Of a stretch of 64,000 bases of DNA, positions 13,700-26,412 are shown in pieces. The stretch comes from Takakia lepidozioides (Eukaryota; Plantae; Bryophyta): contig CM060732.1 of the NCBI GenBank assembly GCA_030704615.1, positions 186,001 through 250,000 on the forward strand, given 5' to 3'. The notes beneath the pieces were generated by a model. It made no database searches. It was not told the origin of the DNA and was given only the letters and a program-made list of their open reading frames with translations. The position numbers and the translations under genes were made by a program. Position 1 is the first letter of the stretch. The number at the start of each line of letters is the position of its first letter.

Positions 13700-14299
13700 C
13701 CGGATGTGAATGTCGTCAACGCCATTCAAAACATTCCATTCAATGATACTGTAAATACACCCTAATCCACGTGAATGCAAACTCTCGCTTTGGAATGACA
13801 CAGACATAGAAGTGAATGTCGTCAACGACATTCACTTTGGATTTGTGAATACACTGCTAATCAAGCCTAATGATTTCTCAAAAGAGGCAAAATCATTGGA
13901 TAGAAATCAGAAACTCGAGTAAGGAACCCTCCCCAAAAACTCAATGGATATTCATAACGAACATAACACTGAGGACCTCATAATAACACTGGATATGAAT
14001 GGCGTCAATGCCATTCACAAAATTACGAACAAGGAACCAATTAATACACCTTTAGCTCCCAATCCATGTAAATTCAAATTGTCGCTGGTGAATGACACAG
14101 ACATAGAAGTGAATGTCGTCAACGACATTCACTTTGGATCTCTGATAACACAGCTAATCAAGCCTCAAGATTTCTCGCAAGAGGCAAAAGCAATGCAGAA
14201 CAACTGAATGTCTGCATTGACATTCAGCAAACTGAAGTGAGGAACCCTCACTGTAAACTCTATGGACATTACAAAAACTTACATAACTCTGAGGACCTT
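13700..14299. repeat. About 300-bp tandem duplication carrying the palindrome GTGAATGTCGTCAACGACATTCAC
   Basis: Palindrome variants near 13706, 13812, 13997, 14109 and 14206. Confidence 0.85.
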
Positions 14300-15899
14300 T
14301 GTCGCGCACCTCACTTCGGTAAGCTCCCCTTCAAGTCATAGTTACTCGCTTTGATGCGCGCGCCTGACTCCCAACCTGGCCGCCCGGGCCAACTTGGAGC
14401 TTCGGCTGCTCACCGGGACATAACGGTCCCCCTTCACTTCCCACTAAACCCTCCACCTATTTGGGACTAGGAGAATTCCCTTTGGTAGATGGCAGTCCGG
14501 AACAGCTCCCCACTCTTTGGTCGCTTTCCGGCTCGCTCGCTTACTCACTAGTTTTTGGTCACCAACGGGCTTGCACCGTTCTCGGGGTCACTACTCCCCT
14601 TATATATACTTATGTAGCTGTCCGCGGGGGTTTCACAACCAGCCATGCCATTTTATGGCGAACCACCACGAAAACCCTCGACTCCCGGTGATGAGTCGCG
14701 GTGAGTCTTGGCCCACTCACCACGGCCCCTATGGACCGTGATGAGTCCCAAGACTCCCCACGACTCCCACCACGAGATCTCCGCCCCCATGGTGAGTCCT
14801 ATGCCACCCCCACTAAGTCCCGCTAAGCTACCACCACCCCTTGTGGAGCCACCCCCACCGCAACCTGGTGTGCGGGGCTCCACCTAGTGAGCGCCTCCGC
14901 TTCCCTGAGTGCCTTGGGCACTCAAGGGTGCTTCAGCCCCCCATACCTATCGCTGCCGCTGCCCCCACCACAAGGGCAACCCCTCATGTGTCCCGACCCC
15001 CCTGCCCTCAAGGCAAAGGGCCGCGACACACACCCCTACCAATAGGGAGTCGATGTCCTCATCGACTTGTCCATTTTGTAGAAACGAACATCCAAGTTGT
15101 GGCGTCCCACATCAAGGAGTTTGTTTCCGTACCATGGCGTCCCATGGCAAAGAACCAAACCCCACACTTGATTCTACTCTCCACTAGGTAGTTCGGCCGA
15201 CTTCCTCCAAGTTCCGGCCAAGGGTGGAGCCTCTCCAGCTCCTCCCAGTGCACTCTTCTTGGCCTACTTCAAGGCCAAGGAACGATCCTCCCCGAGGATC
15301 GAATCGCCTTACTGCAACAACATTGCTTGCGATCGCTCATGATGCCGCTTTTGGCATCACCTTGAGCAAGGGTTCACCTGGAACCCTCTTTGACTAGGAA
15401 GATAACCTTGAATCAACCGTGCGCCCCAATCACTACAATTGGGTCCGCCTTGGAATGCTGGCCTGAGGTACGGGAACACGCCGAAGCCGCACTACGACTT
15501 TGTCCCGAGGCTACACGATTATAGTACGTGAACGGAAGCACGTAGCTTCCGCGTTAGCCCGCACTACAAGGCAACCCCTTCGGTAGCGCAGTTATAGTAC
15601 GCGCACGCGCCAGGTGCGCACTAGCACGTGAACTCCCAAAGAAGGCGCAAGTTTCCTTGCCCCTTGGATGGGGGTCACCCGATTTCGGCACTACGCAAAC
15701 ACACGATTAATCCAATTTACCTCTCCCACTTTTATAAGCTAGCATGCATTTTACACACTAGCCAACCATACCATGCATCACCATTCCAAACAAAATAGGA
15801 CGCACAACATTTGGAAGCCATTTCATTTATAGCACGTTTTGTACAATACATGTTTTTGCAATCGGATTCCTAAGCTAGCTAAGCCGGGCTAAGCATGCA
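14300..15899 (-). repeat. 3' LTR of a chromovirus
   Basis: On the minus strand, polypurine tract GGGGGAGGAAA followed by TG at 15899; terminal CA at 14300. Confidence 0.7.
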
Positions 15900-18157
15900 T
15901 TTCCTCCCCCACGCTCCAAGGTTGATGTCCCCATCAACGCTTCTTCCGCTTTTGAGGTCGCCCTTCGAAAGCTGCAACCGCCTCGGATGCGTTTCCCATT
16001 TCTGAGGCACGCACCCAAGATGCCTCCACATGATGATAGCCCTTCCATTTGACGAGATACTCCGTTTCTCGGTTCCTGAACTTCCTCGACTTAAGTATTG
16101 CCTCCACCTTGTACTCAGGTTCATTTTCATGATCCAACAGCATAGGTGGCGGACGCAACACTTGATGCCAATTCGGACGCGCTTCATCTTTGAAGTAAGG
16201 CTTCAAAAGGGAGACATGGAATACTGGGTGCACCTTGCTGTTTGCCGGCAGCTTCAATTCATACACATCCTCATTCATAACCTTCCGAATGCGAAAGGGT
16301 CCCGCATACGGAGGTACGAACTTCGGACTCACTTCCGGAGGTAGTCAGAAATTCTTGATGTTCAACCAGACCTCTGTGCCTGCCTCAAATTTCACTTCCC
16401 TCCGCTTCCGATTCGCCTGCCTTTCATACCGTTTCCTAGCTTTGGCAATATTGTACTTTGCGAGCTTCAACAAACGCTCGCGTTCTTCCACTACCGCCGC
16501 TACTGCCGGTTCCTCAACGTCCTGGGCAGCCCAACTTGTCGGCACCAGAGGTGCTTTTCCATAGACCAATACGAAAGGGAAACTCCCGTTGCGGAATGTT
16601 CTGTGTTATTATAACAGAACTGTGCCGCGTCTAAGTGTTCCACCCAGTCTGTTTGGTCTGCCGACACGTAATTCCGCAAGATCTGCTTCACTACGGAATT
16701 CACCCTTTCTGTTTGGCCGTCGGTCGTAGGTCGGAAGGCGGTGCTCATCTTCAGCCTCGTCCCCATCTTCTTCCAAAGTGCCCTCCAAAATTTACTCGTA
16801 AACTTTGGATCGCGGTCCGAGACAATATCCTTCGGGACTCCATGATGTTTTAAGACGTGGGCGAAGTAAAGTCGCCCTGTCTCCTACGCCGTTGCCGTCT
16901 CCTTGGTGGGGATGAAATGGCCCATTTTACTGAACCTATCCACCACCACCATGATTGCATCGAATCCTTTTGACAGCGGCATAGCAGTCATGAAATCCAT
17001 CGAGACGCTTTCCCAAGTCCCCTCTGGAATCGGCAAGGGTTGTAACAGCCCCGCTTGCTTTTTGTACTCGCTCCGGTTTTGTTGGCATGTGGTGCATGTC
17101 TTGACATACTCCTCTGCCTCCTCCCTCAGTTTGGGCCAGAAATACTCTTTCTTCAAGAGTGCCGCAGTGCGCTTGGCTCCGCCGTGGCCCGCAAGCGGGC
17201 TATCATGGCATTATCTCAAGAGGCTATCTCTGATCCCTCCCTTCGGCACGTAGAGACGTTTTTGCTTATACCGGAGCAGTCCATTTTGCAAGTGGAACTG
17301 CGATTTACCCCCCATCCTTAAGTCCTGCATCGCGGACTTTGCAAGCTCATCCTTCCGGCAAGCCTTCCGGATCTTCCTTTGGAGCGTTGTCTCGCCCTTG
17401 TACACCAACAAGAGCTGCTGCTTTCTACTTAAAGCATCGGCCACCACGTTGTCTCGTCCCGGTTTGTACTGGATATCCACGTCGAACACCGCCAAAGTAT
17501 CTTGCCACCTAAGTTGTTTTGGGGACAACTTGGGCTGCGTGGCAAAATACTTCACCGTGACATTGTTCGTGAACACCTTCACTGGGTTGGAACCAACATA
17601 GTGGCGCCAAAGCTCAAGACAATGCACCACCGCCTTCATCTCTTTCTCATGCGTCGGCCACCGTCGCTCCACTTCATTCAGTTTCTTACTTTCGTAAGCC
17701 ACTGGACGTCCATCTTGCATCAGTACACCCCCAATCGCGAAGTCCGACGCATCTGTATGTATCTCGAATGGACGATCGAACTCCGGGATTTTCAAGACTG
17801 GAGCTTCCGCCATCCGCTGCTTCAATTCAGCAAAAGCTTGGCCACACAAGGTGTTCCATGCCCAGACTTTAGATTTACACAGAAGGTCTGACAGCGGCCC
17901 CGCAATCTCGGCGAAATTTCTCACATACTTCCGGTAATAGGAGGTGAGTCCTAGGAAGGATCGCACTCCCGGGACCGAAGTCGGAGGCTCCCAGTCCAAG
18001 ATCGCCCTCACCTTTCTGTCATCCATTTTGATCCCATCCTGTGTAATCACATGCCCCAGGAACTCCACTTTTGTGACCCCGAATTCGCACTTTGAAGCTT
18101 TGGCATACAGCTTCCCTTCTCGCAATTTTTGGAACACCCTTTTCAGGTGCTCCAGGT
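14300..18157 (-). mobile_element. 5'-truncated Ty3/Gypsy chromovirus (RT end, RNase H, integrase, chromodomain, LTR)
   Basis: KCEFG..VEFLGH, HTDASDFAIGGVL, SMDF..VVVDRFSKM, TDGQTERVN, YAGPF..HPVFHVSLLKP, YKVEAIL..EYLVKWKGY. Confidence 0.96.
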
Positions 18158-19620
18158 GATATGTGTTCTCTCTGCACGCAGCCACACTGGCCTATTGAAT
18201 GAAGGAAATCAAGATCATGGTGTCACTCCGACAGTAAAGCACTTTGGCTGTATGGTGGACCTTCTTGGACAACTGGATGAGGCAATGGATCTGATTAATA
18301 AGATGCCAATCAATCCAGATGTTGTGGTGTGGAAGGCCTTGCTTGGTGCCGGCAGAATCCATGGCAATGTGGAGATGGCTGAACGTGCGGCGACATCTAT
18401 CCTCAAATGGGATGAACAAGATGCCTCGACTTATGTGTTGCTATCAAACATCTAAGCTGCAGCTGGCAGGTGGGATGATACTACAAAGGTGAGAAGAATG
18501 ATGAAGGTCAGAGGGGTTAGAAAGGAGCCAAATTGCTGCTGCATTGAGGTTGGCACATGCTTTGTATTGCATGATGTGGGGGAGGAGGAAAATGAATTTT
18601 GTCTTTGCCACTGTGATAAGTTGAGTTGGGTGTTTCCTAGAACAAATCATGCATAGGTCCTTGCCTTGCTGCTAGCAGTTGACAATGAAAGGAGCTCTAG
18701 AAAAGGGGAAGGAGGTCCATGGTGACATCGTCAAAGCTGGAATTGTATGAGATGTCATCTTGAACACTGCCCTGGTTGACATGATGCCAAATGTGGGTGC
18801 ATGAAGGATGCGAAGGGAGTTTTCAACACTCTGGCTGAATGAGATGTGGTGTCGTGGAACGCGATGCTTGTAGGGTATGCACAACAGGGGCACAGGATGG
18901 AGGCTTTAGAGACCTATGAGCAAATGATGGGGGAAGGGGTGAAGTCCACACTCCATATCACATTTGTGTGCATTTGCAATGCTAAGTTGTGCAAGCCTGG
19001 TAGGCCTGGAAAAGGGCAAAGAGGTGCATGGTGACATCATCAAAGTTGGAATTGTACCAAATGTGTTCTCTCTGCATGCAGCCACACTGGCCTACTGAAT
19101 GAAGAAAGACGCTACTTCGATTCCCCGAGTCAAGATCATGGTGTCACTCTGAAATTAAAGCACTTTGGCTGCATGGTGGACCTTCTTGGACGTGTGGGAC
19201 AACTGGATGAGGCAGTGGACCTGATTAATAAAATGCCAATCAATCCAGATGTTGTGGCGTGGAAGGCCTTGCTTGGTGCCTGCAGAATTCATGTCAATGT
19301 GGAGGTGACAGAACATGCGGCAAAATGCATCCTCAAGTAGGATCAACGGGATGCTGCAACTTATGTGCTGCTGTCCAACGTCTATGCTGCAGCTGACAGG
19401 TGGGATGATACTGCAAAGGTGAGATAAATGATGCAGGTCCATTAAGCTGTGAGAAAGGAGCCAGGTTGCAGTTGCATTGAGGTAGATAATGAGGTGCATA
19501 CATTCAGTTTAGGAGACCAGTTACATCCACGAATTCAGGACATCTATGCCGAGCTGGGGATAAATTGTCTAGGCAGATGAAGGAGGCAGGTGCTTCCAGA
19601 AATGAATATTGTCTTCAGGT
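18158..19620 (+). pseudogene. Scrambled PLS-E(+) PPR fragments (two E-domain copies plus PLS repeats)
   Basis: HFGCMVDLLG..MPINPDVVVWKALLGA..YVLLSN..AAAGRWDD; FVLHDVGEEE; VSWNAMLVGYAQQG. Confidence 0.93.
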
Positions 19621-20302
19621 TGCCCACACAATGGCAATTGCACTCTCCCTTTCCTCTCTGCTTCTGTTTGCTGCTCAAGGTAGGCTTCCAAGAGAGAGAG
19701 ACTGGTAGGTATGCTCCTCTGCAACCAGTGATTGACAAGAGTTCATGAATGTTAAAGGTAGCAACACATTTACTGTTGAGTCATGGCAATGCCATTAAGG
19801 AGGTCACCCGGACATATCACCATTGAAACCAGTGGATTATATCAGTTACAAATGTGACGTGTTTTCTCCAGATCTGCTAACCAACACCTATTTGAAGTAC
19901 TATTGGGAGGAATCCTGCAAGGCGTTTCTTGTTCAGAACTTCCTCTTGTGGCCCCCTCCTTCCTACTCTGCATTTTGGTACAATATAGTGCAGCATTGCT
20001 TTACTAGAAGAGTTCTGATATGGAAATTCATGGTGCCACATTCCTTGGCAGAGAAGAAGCCATGGTGTCTTGCTGTGCTTCCCTTTTCAGATGTGTTCTT
20101 GATGTTTCGGAAGAAGGTCACTCCCTGGTGAGAATACCCTGGACAATGTATCAGAAAATGGATATTGACAACAATCAAACAATTAGGCTCGCTCTCTGCC
20201 AGAGAGAGAAGCCCAATGTACCAATGTAGACAGCATGACCACCCAGACCACAAAGCTTGTGTGGAATATGCACATTAATGGCCAGCTGCATTATGCCAAC
20301 CA
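19300..20302 (+). repeat. Left arm of an inverted segmental duplication (partner about 44691-45790)
   Basis: Long collinear reverse-complement similarity, e.g. GGAAATTCATGGTGCCACATTCCTTGGCAGAGAA. Confidence 0.9.
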
Positions 20303-21389
20303 AATACACCACATAAACGCAGAGGCCCCAGAAAGTTCAAAGACATTATTTTTCTAAGCTCTTAAACATTTGATGTACACAAATGAAACAACTAAATAGG
20401 CTGCAAGAGAAAATAGAGTGATTGAAAAGGAGCTTGGAAAAAAATCAAGGAGTATCCAAGCTGTGTCTTGTCAATTCACTGCATGACCTTATATCCTATT
20501 TTGCCTCAAATAGTCCTACAGAGTTTATTATTATTATTATTATTTTTCAGAGTTTATTTTCCAGCTCAAAATAATCACCTTCTTTAAGATTAACCTAGGC
20601 CTGCATGCACTCAAGCTGGAAGAATGCATGTGGGAGAAGTAGGCAGTCTAGCAAACCAGGATAACCACCTTAGATGTGCTGGTACTTTTGAGTAGGTGTA
20701 CATGAGAATTCAATATTGTTCCGCTAAAACAAAAATAATAATATATTGCTTAACAAATTTAGTTGTTCCTTAATTTAAACATTAAAAAAACATATAGTAA
20801 AGCTGCATGGCCCAAGATTCAAGACACAGTGGCTACCACATACAACCAAGTGTTAGACCAGACTGTTTTGTAATATTCAGACTGACATACAAATCTCAGA
20901 TACTTCCTTTGGACATATACTGGCCCCAAGGATGGCATCCAATTCTGCACAGCTCGAGTGAAAATGATAGAGAGGTGGTATTGGAAAGTGGCAGAACAAA
21001 ATATCAATAAATTTTATCAAGACACAGGTTTTTATCAAAACAACTTGGGCATGTGTATAACTTCAAATAATATGGAAAAAAAATGTTAATCCAGAGAGCC
21101 GGATAAAATATGTTTTAATTAAAGACAAAATACATGATGAACGCTGGAACAAATATGCATTAACTAGAAAACAACAAAGCTTTTCATGAAACCGTGACAT
21201 TAAGTCAAAGTCCAAATAATTTGAAATCTAAACCATCTGAAAATAAAGATGAAAAGATATCATATAAACAACATTCATAATCCAAATTTACTAACTTGTT
21301 GTATCAAAATGAGTGACAGTCTTACACCGGACAAATTAATATAAATTTTCATCTTTTCATATAGACTTGAATACAGCCCCGTCTATCGG

Positions 21390-21700
21390 GACGTTGTTCT
21401 CAGAATTCGTCGTTAGTAGTGCGGAGCAACGCGAAGCCCTAGTGATAAATAATAAAAAAAGCGGTATATTTGCATGTGTGCACTTGTGAAAATTGAATGT
21501 TGAAATGCAGATCCGCCATTTTTCTTCCAGAAAAAAACAAATCACGGGATCTCTGCACGTAACACCGTGGGGATGACTCACCCTTTTTTTTTGAAAAATT
21601 GAACATAGTTCTCAGAATTCGTCGCTAGTGGTACGCACCCCAAGCAGATCAAAATCTTGTGCTTGGGGTACAAGTACGGAGCAACGCAAAGCCCTAGTGA
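21390..21700 (+). mobile_element. Tandem Helitron-like 3' termini
   Basis: CGGAGCAACGCRAAGCCCTAG|T ending at 21442 and 21697. Confidence 0.5.
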
Positions 21701-22619
21701 TAAATAATAAAAAAGCGATAAATTTTTGATGTGTGCATGTTTAGTGTAATGGTAATGCATGAGATTTTTGGCAAGGCAAGTCATGAGGTCGAATATGCAT
21801 GACATTTTTGGCATTGGAAGGGTAATAATTTCAATTTTTTCAGCAGCCTGTTTTTGGATTTAATTATGGTCGGACAGCGAAGGCAGGTACAGTATCATTA
21901 TCTATCAATGTAAAATCAAACTTGAACAAAAATCATATATTAATTTTTGGCCCATGGACTTCACATATGCCGTTTTTGAGCCACCTGATCCTACACTCAC
22001 CCTTAAGCAAGCAAGCCCACACTAGGCATTTGAGCATGGGCTGGTCAGTGATAATGTTAAACATAGGCAATAAGGGAGGGGGTCGATTGGAAGAGAGGCC
22101 CAGCAGGGTTAGAATTGAATGACCATCGTCAGACCCTATGAATTCTGGGGCAGCTCAGTAAAGGCAATGCTCCAATGATTTGAAGTTTCCAACACAGAGG
22201 GAAGAAGGGGAGTCATTTTGGTCCAATTGGGAGAATTCTGTGTGCGATCTTCCAAAGGAAGGCAGAGATCTTAGAAGATCTGTCTTTCCTCCACGTCCTT
22301 TCAAATGTGACCCCAAGAATCGTGCATCTGCAAACTGTTGGCCCATTTACTCTGCCATTTGCTAGTAAAGGACCGGGAGGGGAAGAGCAGGGAGTAGCCT
22401 AGCTTCATTGAGTAAGCAAAGAAGGGGGAACGATTTGGATTCATCCAGTGCCACTCCCCTGGGTCGGATGGCAGTCCCGCTCAAGAACCAATTTAGGTTA
22501 GTCTGCAAAGCCCACTGTAATTATATACCAGGCGTGGGGACAGGATTGGTAGTGCCGTTACCACCATACACTCTAATAAGAAAGAGAGAGCGTTTGCTCC
22601 TTTGAGCAGGGCCACAGAC

Positions 22620-23405
22620 TTGCAAGTCATGTCCAGGAGCGAGAAGCCCCCCACAAGAAGTTCCTCATCAGGGCTTTAACCTCCTTGATGAAGGAAGAGT
22701 CAGGGGCCAGACAGCCGAAAAAACCAGATGGAGGCTAGAAGGATCTGGTTGATAACGAGAGCTCTTCCGGCTATGGATAGCATAGAAGAGCTCCAGACAG
22801 CCGCGAGCTTCCTTTTCAGATTTGTGAGCACTTTTTGAAAACACAGCTCATTTGAAGTGTTAAGCCCTATGGAGTGTCCCAGCAATGAGTGGGTTTCACC
22901 CTCTGCAAGCCATTTGAGACCGAGGTCTTCTCCCCCAAGGTAATCAGTGAGAGGATAGAGCGCCCCCTTGCAGTTTTGACAGGATTCCCACAGATTTTCT
23001 CCAATTGATTTTCAATCCAGAGGTCAAACAGTACGTTTATAGCGCCAGTGAGGAGTTGTCAATGTTCTGTTTGCTGGAATTATCTAAGAGAAGGACTGTA
23101 TCATCCGCATACATGGAGAGCTTGACCATGTCAGGCAAACCTAGGAAGGGAAGGGGGAGGTGTAAGCCAACAATGTCATCTCTTTGTTTCATGAGGTGAG
23201 CCAGGCTGTCAGCAACAATGAGAAAGAGTAAGGGGGCTGGAGTACAACCCTGGCGAATAGACCGAGAAAGAGGGAAGGACTGGGAAATGGTGCCATCTAT
23301 GATAACCCTACTAGAGGCGGAGCTAAGCAAAATTTTAGTCCAAGCCAGAAAGGAGCCATTAAATCCAGTTTTGGCCATAGCCTGTAGGAGGAAATCCCAG
23401 TCTAT
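22620..23405 (-). mobile_element. L1-clade LINE RT remnant
   Basis: IRQGCTPAPLLF, MYADDT and LSIAGR..INQIL motifs; related to 1600-2680. Confidence 0.9.
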
Positions 23406-23595
23406 TCATACATCATAATATCTAGGTGTGCATACCACCAAATCACTCGTGCAGGTTTGGGAATGAAAAAGATATTGGAGATGCATTTATGCATGAATGA
23501 GGCTTAAGTAACACAGACAAGCTCAAGACCTTGAAGGCTTATCAGATTTTACAACTAGATTTATGAACTTGTGCGTTGTTAAATAAGTGGCAGAG

Positions 23596-25569
23596 CTACG
23601 CAAAAAGAGATCCAATTGATAGACTGCTGGCTAGAGCAGCCACTAAGAGGCGAAACGAGGGAGATACAACCCAGCCAGCAGAACCTGGAACTCCCCCTGG
23701 AGATGTGCTTGGAGAGGTCAGAGGAGTAGGAGAGGTGCTGCCACCAGACGCTATGGCAGGACTAGTTGAAGGAGAACCAGAAATCGCTGGACTCCTGGGA
23801 GCTGCAGTAGACAACGAACCTGATAAGCTTAAAGTGTCCAATATGCACATCGCATGAGTTAAGATTCTTGAAAAGATTATAACTTTATCCTTGGGCTTGG
23901 AGCTATGGGCAGACTCTTTGAACAATGAGGAGTAGGAATTCGAGATTTCAGTGACGTGAAATATTATAACTTAAGCAAAAACATCACTTTCGTGGACGCA
24001 TCACAAGGTGTTTACCAGTGTCGACGTAGTGGACCACTGGAGCACAGGATCTCTCTTTAACAGACTAGTTCTAACCTCTCGTCCCTAGGTATCTGCTAAA
24101 TAGGAATTTCTCGTGTTTGACTGTGAACTGTGGGGCCTATATGGGGGCAGGCCAGGTCCTCTTTGAATAAAGAACACAACTTCACGATAACTGCTGATGA
24201 CACTGGGTTGAACATATGATTACAGTTCATTTCACACTGAATGGTTTTTGGTAACACAAGATAAAAAGATACGACCCGTGGAACAAATCAATAACTTTCC
24301 ACTGACTGCATTGCATGGGCCTCTGAAGACTGCGGGTTGAGGACAGATTGTACCCTTGGGTTTCGCGGAGGGAGCCTTCGTAGGAGGAGAGGGCGCAGGA
24401 ATGGCCGTTCCGTTCAAAAGCGCTGCGACAACAAACAAATGGCAGATCATCAGTTGGAGAAAAGCTGTGTACAGTCTCCCACAGCTTCACCTTACTAGGT
24501 AGTCGTAATTCCAAAAATTACAATGGGATAATATCCAGTACTTAATGAACCAGACAGTCGGATTCAGAGAGCAGACATTCAGACGAAAAGAGAAGAATCT
24601 TGACAGGTGCAAGTACGTATAAAGAAATTCAGGGAATAAAAGGCCTGCACGATGCGCGACTATGGTGAGTGCTCAGCTTGCAAGAAAGAGATTCCAAATA
24701 CCAAGAACAGCGCACGTTGTGCAATTCCGAATAGAGGCCCTACAGTCCAAGATTTGAATAGACTTAACTTCAAGTGCAAAACTACCGACCATGATAGATT
24801 TAATCGTTGTACACTCCGAATTGTTACTTAAGACAGCCCAGAGAAAAATGGCAGCTTGTCGCTGACGATGCAGTTCACATGCATTAAGTTACTAAGATCT
24901 TTTATGCAGCTATCTGTATATCAGTTCTAGAATGTTACAGATCTTCACTTTCAAGAACCGTTGAAATGAAGGTGCATCTTGTGATGAACCTGTAGCGATC
25001 AACTGATAAGCAACAACAGTCAACGTGTCCACAATGAAAGAATAAAAATAAATATATATAGTAGCAATTCTTGGTAACAACTGCATTCACATGTATGCAC
25101 ATGATACAACAGGTGTAGCGAGGAAAAGAAAACAAGAACGCAGCCTGAACGCAGGCCTCCATGCAAAGAAAAGGGCGAAAACACAATGAGTACAGTCCGC
25201 GTGAGTGCATTGGAGAATAGGGCCTGAAGACTTACCAGTGCACTGGCTGGGATCAGCCTGGACCTTGCAGAGCCCAGGGAGCATCAAAGCCAACGTAGAA
25301 TTGATCCCAGAGCCTCCGGTACCTGCGCCACCGGGAGCGATCAGTTCACACAAGCAAATGGGGCTGGTCGTTCTAACGTCCTTGATGGCGGCACAACACG
25401 CTTCAGATGGGGACGTTCCCTCCCCACCCTCCACAAACGAGAGACAAGGTACCATCTCTGTAAACTGGTTACTACAGTCGGTCGGGGTACCGGTCGCCCC
25501 AGCAAAGCTCTTTACACTCCACATCATCATCGCCAGTACTGCAAACGTCCACGCAGCGGTTGCACCCAT
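23596..25569 (-). CDS. GPI-anchored non-specific lipid transfer protein (LTPG/xylogen-like); exons 25569-25236, 24422-24354, 23819-23596; about 208 aa
   Basis: Signal peptide, 8-Cys motif C-C-CC-CLC-C-C, Ser/Pro-rich linker, hydrophobic C-terminal tail; two phase-1 GT-AG introns join in frame (627 nt). Confidence 0.93.
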
Positions 25570-26149
25570 TCCTCTGCTCTCAATTGATGTGTGGTCCGAG
25601 ACAAAGATGAGCAACTTGTTGCTCAGATGACTGCTCCAACCACGATCTTGAACTGCACAGCACAGGGAGAAGGACGAGGGTGCCACGACTGAAAGGAGAC
25701 ACCTTCTTGGTTCTTGGGTCTCTGGAGAGAACCCACAAAAGACACACAGAGAAGATGCAGCAGCGCAGATGTGCGTGACTTGAAGAGAGTACTGTGGAGA
25801 AGCGTTCCCCGTCCCTTCCTTCCTCAATAAACGCTGGCAGTTTCGGGAAGTTGGAACACTTCACCGTCAGAATCCCTACCTTCGACCTCCTCAGATGGAG
25901 CATTCCGGATGTAATTGCCCACTCCAGGTGGATTTGTGAAGCAAACAGCTCGATAGAAGTAATACCCGTATCATGTAATATAATACCGTTCCGGATAACT
26001 TGCGCTGTAGATTAATTACTACGTGATTAGTGCATAATTTTGGACCGGAAGATAATAGGAATAATGTAAGAACTTAATGTGTCAGATGGTATGGCGGTTT
26101 CGGCATGTCAAATCTTCCACACCCTCTCTTGAGAGTGACATGGAACTGG

Positions 26150-26412
26150 AGGAGTGTCAACTCCAGTCTGGGTTACACGACGAGGTGTGTAACTCCACTT
26201 GTGGTTACATTGGGTTACACTACAATGTGTAACTCCACTCGGGGTTACACAGAATGGAATGTAACTCCACTCAGTGTAACTCACACTTGGTCTCGAAATT
26301 TGACTAAGTCCAAATTTGGCTAAGTATAAAATGGATTAGCTAGAGTTACATGAGAAACCGGGGTTACAGAGGGTTACACCAATAGAGGGTTACATCAACC
26401 AGGGTTATACAC
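26150..26412. repeat. Cluster of TGTAACTCCAC / GGGTTACAC motifs in both orientations (MITE or subterminal-repeat-like)
   Basis: e.g. GTGTAACTCCACTCGGGGTTACAC hairpin near 26227. Confidence 0.6.

Noticed and set aside
18129-18455. RT-PPR chimeric protein
   Set aside because: The pieces are on opposite strands and represent only a rearrangement junction
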